A stretch of DNA of 28,183 nt from NCBI GenBank assembly GCA_040382515.1, contig JBEIFH010000019.1:1-28183 (forward strand), given 5' to 3'. Position 1 is the first letter of the stretch; each line of letters starts with the position of its first letter. Source of the DNA: Chlamydiia bacterium. GTDB lineage: Bacteria; Chlamydiota; Chlamydiia; Chlamydiales; RGXB01. Shown one piece after another: positions 25,278 to 28,183 of this stretch. A program made the translations under genes and the position numbers. The notes under the pieces were generated by a model, which was not told the origin of the DNA, did not search any database, and was given only the letters and a program-made list of their open reading frames with translations.

Positions 25278-27273
25278 TCTATTTGCTTTGCGCAGTGTCT
25301 ACGAGCCTAAAGGGGATCAACCTAAGGCTATTGAGTACCTAACTCAAGGAATTCAAAACAAAGCTGCGTCTCAGGTGCTTTTGGGGATTACCGGATCGGG
25401 TAAAACCTTCACGATGGCGAACGTGATCCAAAACGTACAAAAACCGACCTTGGTACTGGCTCACAATAAAACATTGGCAGCCCAGCTTTATCAGGAATTC
25501 AAAACATTTTTCCCCCACAATGCCGTCGAATACTTTGTATCGTACTACGATTACTACCAGCCGGAAGCATATATTGCGCGGACCGACACCTACATAGAAA
25601 AAGATCTTGCAATCAACGATCGGATCGAGAGGATGCGGCTATCTGCTACCAAATCATTGATTGAGAGGAAGGATGTGATCATAGTCTCGTCTGTTTCTTG
25701 CATTTACGGTATCGGAGCCCCTGAGTATTTTGCAAAAATGCAACTGAAATTGCAGGTCGGTAAAAGAATAGACAGGGATGAGCTCCTCCTCAAGTTGGTA
25801 GAGATACACTACAAGAGAAATGACCTTGAGCTGAATCGTTCTCAATTTAGAGTGCGTGGCGATGTGGTGGAGGTTTCTCTCGCATACGAAGAAAATATTG
25901 CGGTACGGATCGAACTGTTCGGAGATGAAATCGAGCGGCTAAGCTTGGTGGATCCTTTGACGGCGAGGGTAATCAAAAGGGAGGATTCGGTAACAATATT
26001 TCCCGGTTCCCACTATGTGATGCCCGAAGATGTCAAAGAAGATGCGATCGATGTGATTAAAAAAGAGCTTGAGGAGCGTCGCTCTTTTTACCTCGAAAAT
26101 CAGCGTTTACTAGAGGAGCATAGGATCCGGGAGAGGACTTTATACGATTTGGAACTGATCCGTGAAATCGGCTTTTGCAAAGGGATAGAGAACTACTCGA
26201 GAGCCTTTTCAAACCGAAACCCCGGAGATCCCCCCTCTTGCCTAATCGATTATTTCCCTATTGATTTTCTTTTGTTTATTGATGAGTCGCACCAAACTGT
26301 TCCCCAAATCGGAGCGATGCGAAACGGAGATAAGGCTAGAAAGACCCCTTTAGTGGAGTATGGATTCCGTTTACCCTCCGCTTTTGACAACAGACCGTTA
26401 TCTTTTGAGGAATTTCGTCAGAAAATACAAAATATTATCTACGTTTCGGCAACCCCCGGCCCCTATGAGTTGGAGGATAGCGGGGGGAGAATTGTCGAAC
26501 AGATCATACGCCCTACCGGTCTTCTTGATCCGACAATACAGGTCAAACCGGCTCTTTACCAGGTAGACGATGCCCTTTCTGAAATTCAAAAAGAGACCGA
26601 AAAAGGGGGGAGGGTATTAGTCACGACGCTCACAAAAAAATTGGCGGAAGATCTCACAAAGTACATGCAGGAAATCGGAATCAAGACCCAGTACCTGCAC
26701 TCCGATATCGATACCCTTGAAAGGGTGAAGATTATCAAACAACTCAGGACAGGGGAGTATGATGTTTTAGTGGGGATCAACCTCTTGAGGGAGGGGCTCG
26801 ACATGCCGGAGGTCTCCCTTGTTTTGATTTTGGATGCTGACAAAGAGGGATTTTTAAGGTCTAAGACAAGTTTGATCCAAACATGCGGACGGGCGGCAAG
26901 GAATCTAGAGGGGCGTGTGGTGATGTATGCCGATACTATCACCAAATCGATCCAAGAGACGATAGAGATCACTCAGAGCCGTAGAAAACATCAGGAGGAG
27001 TACAATAAAAAGCATCACATCGAGCCCGCATCTGTCCATCGCGATCGGGTTGAGACACTGAAGGAGACCTTTTTTCAGGAATTAGAAACAGAGGTGGAAT
27101 CGGTAGAAAAACAGGCACCGCTCACCTCTAGAGATCTGGAAAGAAAAATCAAGCTTGTCGAAAAAGAGATGCGTTTGAAGGCAAAAGCGCTCGATTTTGA
27201 AGGGGCGATAAAATTAAGAAATGAACTTGAACATCTAAAGAATGTTGCTATGCAGCAGGATCATTTAGATTGA
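25270..27273 (+). CDS. uvrB: Excinuclease ABC subunit B
   Basis: PKGDQP, GITGSGKT, YFVSYYDYYQPEAY, DESH, GINLLREGLD, GRAARN, C-terminal UVR motif; GTG start overlapping the tyrP stop. Confidence 0.98.
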   Translation: MSDLFALRSVYEPKGDQPKAIEYLTQGIQNKAASQVLLGITGSGKTFTMANVIQNVQKPTLVLAHNKTLAAQLYQEFKTFFPHNAVEYFVSYYDYYQPEAYIARTDTYIEKDLAINDRIERMRLSATKSLIERKDVIIVSSVSCIYGIGAPEYFAKMQLKLQVGKRIDRDELLLKLVEIHYKRNDLELNRSQFRVRGDVVEVSLAYEENIAVRIELFGDEIERLSLVDPLTARVIKREDSVTIFPGSHYVMPEDVKEDAIDVIKKELEERRSFYLENQRLLEEHRIRERTLYDLELIREIGFCKGIENYSRAFSNRNPGDPPSCLIDYFPIDFLLFIDESHQTVPQIGAMRNGDKARKTPLVEYGFRLPSAFDNRPLSFEEFRQKIQNIIYVSATPGPYELEDSGGRIVEQIIRPTGLLDPTIQVKPALYQVDDALSEIQKETEKGGRVLVTTLTKKLAEDLTKYMQEIGIKTQYLHSDIDTLERVKIIKQLRTGEYDVLVGINLLREGLDMPEVSLVLILDADKEGFLRSKTSLIQTCGRAARNLEGRVVMYADTITKSIQETIEITQSRRKHQEEYNKKHHIEPASVHRDRVETLKETFFQELETEVESVEKQAPLTSRDLERKIKLVEKEMRLKAKALDFEGAIKLRNELEHLKNVAMQQDHLD

Positions 27274-27298
27274 CATTAAGATTAAAAAAAAATAATCT
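27270..27298 (+). promoter_or_regulatory. sigma66/sigma70-type promoter of the 27322 gene, with A9 in the spacer
   Basis: TTGACA (27270-27275, containing the uvrB TGA stop), 17-nt spacer with A9 at 27284-27292, TAATCT (27293-27298). Confidence 0.7.
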
Positions 27299-27321
27299 AC
27301 GGCAAATTATTTTGGCTCAAA

Positions 27322-28183
27322 ATGCTTTTTTATTTTTTGGTATGGATCCCATTATTTCTTTTTGCAAAAGACCCTTTTCCTATCGGATTTTCCATCCCGG
27401 AGTCTAAAATAATAGACCACATACCTGAAAAAGAGTGGGATTTTGCCCCTTTGGTACCCGGTGATCTTTCGACCTATATTTATGATGATGAAGAGGCGTA
27501 CTACAAAGACTACCAAAGATCTTACTTCGCCCTAACAAAAATCAAAGCGGGTGCAGATTGCATGCGTCATTATGAGATTCTTGCTAATGGCTGCATCCCC
27601 TATTTTGAAGATCTGGAAAGGGTACATCCAAAAACAATGACCCATTTTCCGAAAGAGCTTGTTTTAGAGGCAATGAGCCTGCCGGGGGTGGGATACAAGA
27701 CGATAGACCACACAAAATTTGACAAAAAGCGCTATTTTGAGATCCTAGAGAAGCTGCTTGCCCACACAAGAAAACATTTAACATGTAGAAGCATGGCACA
27801 ATATGTCTTGGACTGCATGGGGTGCCCCAATCCAAAAAAGGTGGTTTATTTAAGTTTAGACCAGATGGCCGATTATTTGAGGTGCACTACCTATATAGGG
27901 TTTAAACAACTTTTGAAAGAACGTTGTATTGTTTACCCTAGAATTAACCGGCTCTATAAAGATTCACAGATGCCTATGCATTTGGACTATGGAAAGGGAT
28001 TTACAATCAGCCGCATTTTACCTTTACAAGAGGAGAAAATTTTAGGTTCTTTACACAAACTCAATCAGGAGTGTCCGATAGATTTAGTGGTAGTAGGGTC
28101 GGTGCATCGCGTTCCTTTAGGTTGGATCAAATATTTAGAAAAAAATAAATTCAAGGTCGCCTATATCTGTGGAGAGGATTTTC
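27322..28183 (+). CDS. Glycosyltransferase-like hypothetical protein (3'-truncated; absent from the ORF track)
   Basis: Hand translation from ATG27322 is open for 287 codons to the window end: MLFYFLVWIPLFLFAKDPFPIGFSIP...SYFALTKIKAGADCMRHYEILANGCIPYF... The DCxRxxExxAxGC motif parallels DCHRTWEDLALGC of 5617..6639. Confidence 0.75.
   Translation, partial: MLFYFLVWIPLFLFAKDPFPIGFSIPESKIIDHIPEKEWDFAPLVPGDLSTYIYDDEEAYYKDYQRSYFALTKIKAGADCMRHYEILANGCIPYFEDLERVHPKTMTHFPKELVLEAMSLPGVGYKTIDHTKFDKKRYFEILEKLLAHTRKHLTCRSMAQYVLDCMGCPNPKKVVYLSLDQMADYLRCTTYIGFKQLLKERCIVYPRINRLYKDSQMPMHLDYGKGFTISRILPLQEEKILGSLHKLNQECPIDLVVVGSVHRVPLGWIKYLEKNKFKVAYICGEDF

Noticed and set aside
27584..27835. 83-aa minus-strand ORF in the track (and the many other short antisense or nested ORFs)
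   Set aside because: These are shadows of longer genes with clear motifs; this one is antisense to the 27322 ORF.

Overview
Bacterial chromosomal segment, almost certainly from an environmental member of the Chlamydiota. The evidence is a ~720-aa GreA with a long N-terminal extension, a ~525-aa double-length ThyX, the dusB-yggT / hypothetical-hypothetical-MORN lipoprotein-ygfA block, and an expanded MOMP-like porin family. The left 11 kb is a same-strand array of at least six paralogous outer-membrane beta-barrel (MOMP-like / Legionella Lpg1974-type) genes; the first is cut by the window edge. Each is followed by its own hairpin, and the array is split by a three-gene cassette of glycosyltransferase-like genes with hydrophobic N-termini. 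The right 17 kb is mostly housekeeping: dusB, yggT, two membrane hypotheticals, MORN-repeat lipoprotein, ygfA, a small exported protein, orphan oppA, NlpC/P60 peptidase, NYN nuclease, rdgB, greA, thyX, tyrP-type permease and uvrB. It ends in a fourth glycosyltransferase-like ORF (27322..>28183) that the ORF track missed. The most notable unexplained signals are: (i) an AAAGCCGT box whose G lies exactly 36 nt before the ATG of three diverged porin genes, followed by a short hairpin over the Shine-Dalgarno sequence; (ii) a conserved 3'-flank motif after two porin genes; (iii) a 52-nt direct repeat in a hypervariable porin loop whose five differences are all non-synonymous; (iv) a 14-bp inverted repeat spanning the divergent glycosyltransferase intergenic region; (v) a near-consensus promoter with an A9 tract in its spacer. 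Together these suggest, as a hypothesis only, a co-regulated 'porin repertoire plus surface glycosylation' locus. No tRNA, rRNA, CRISPR array or mobile element was recognised. All family assignments come from reading motifs, not from database searches.
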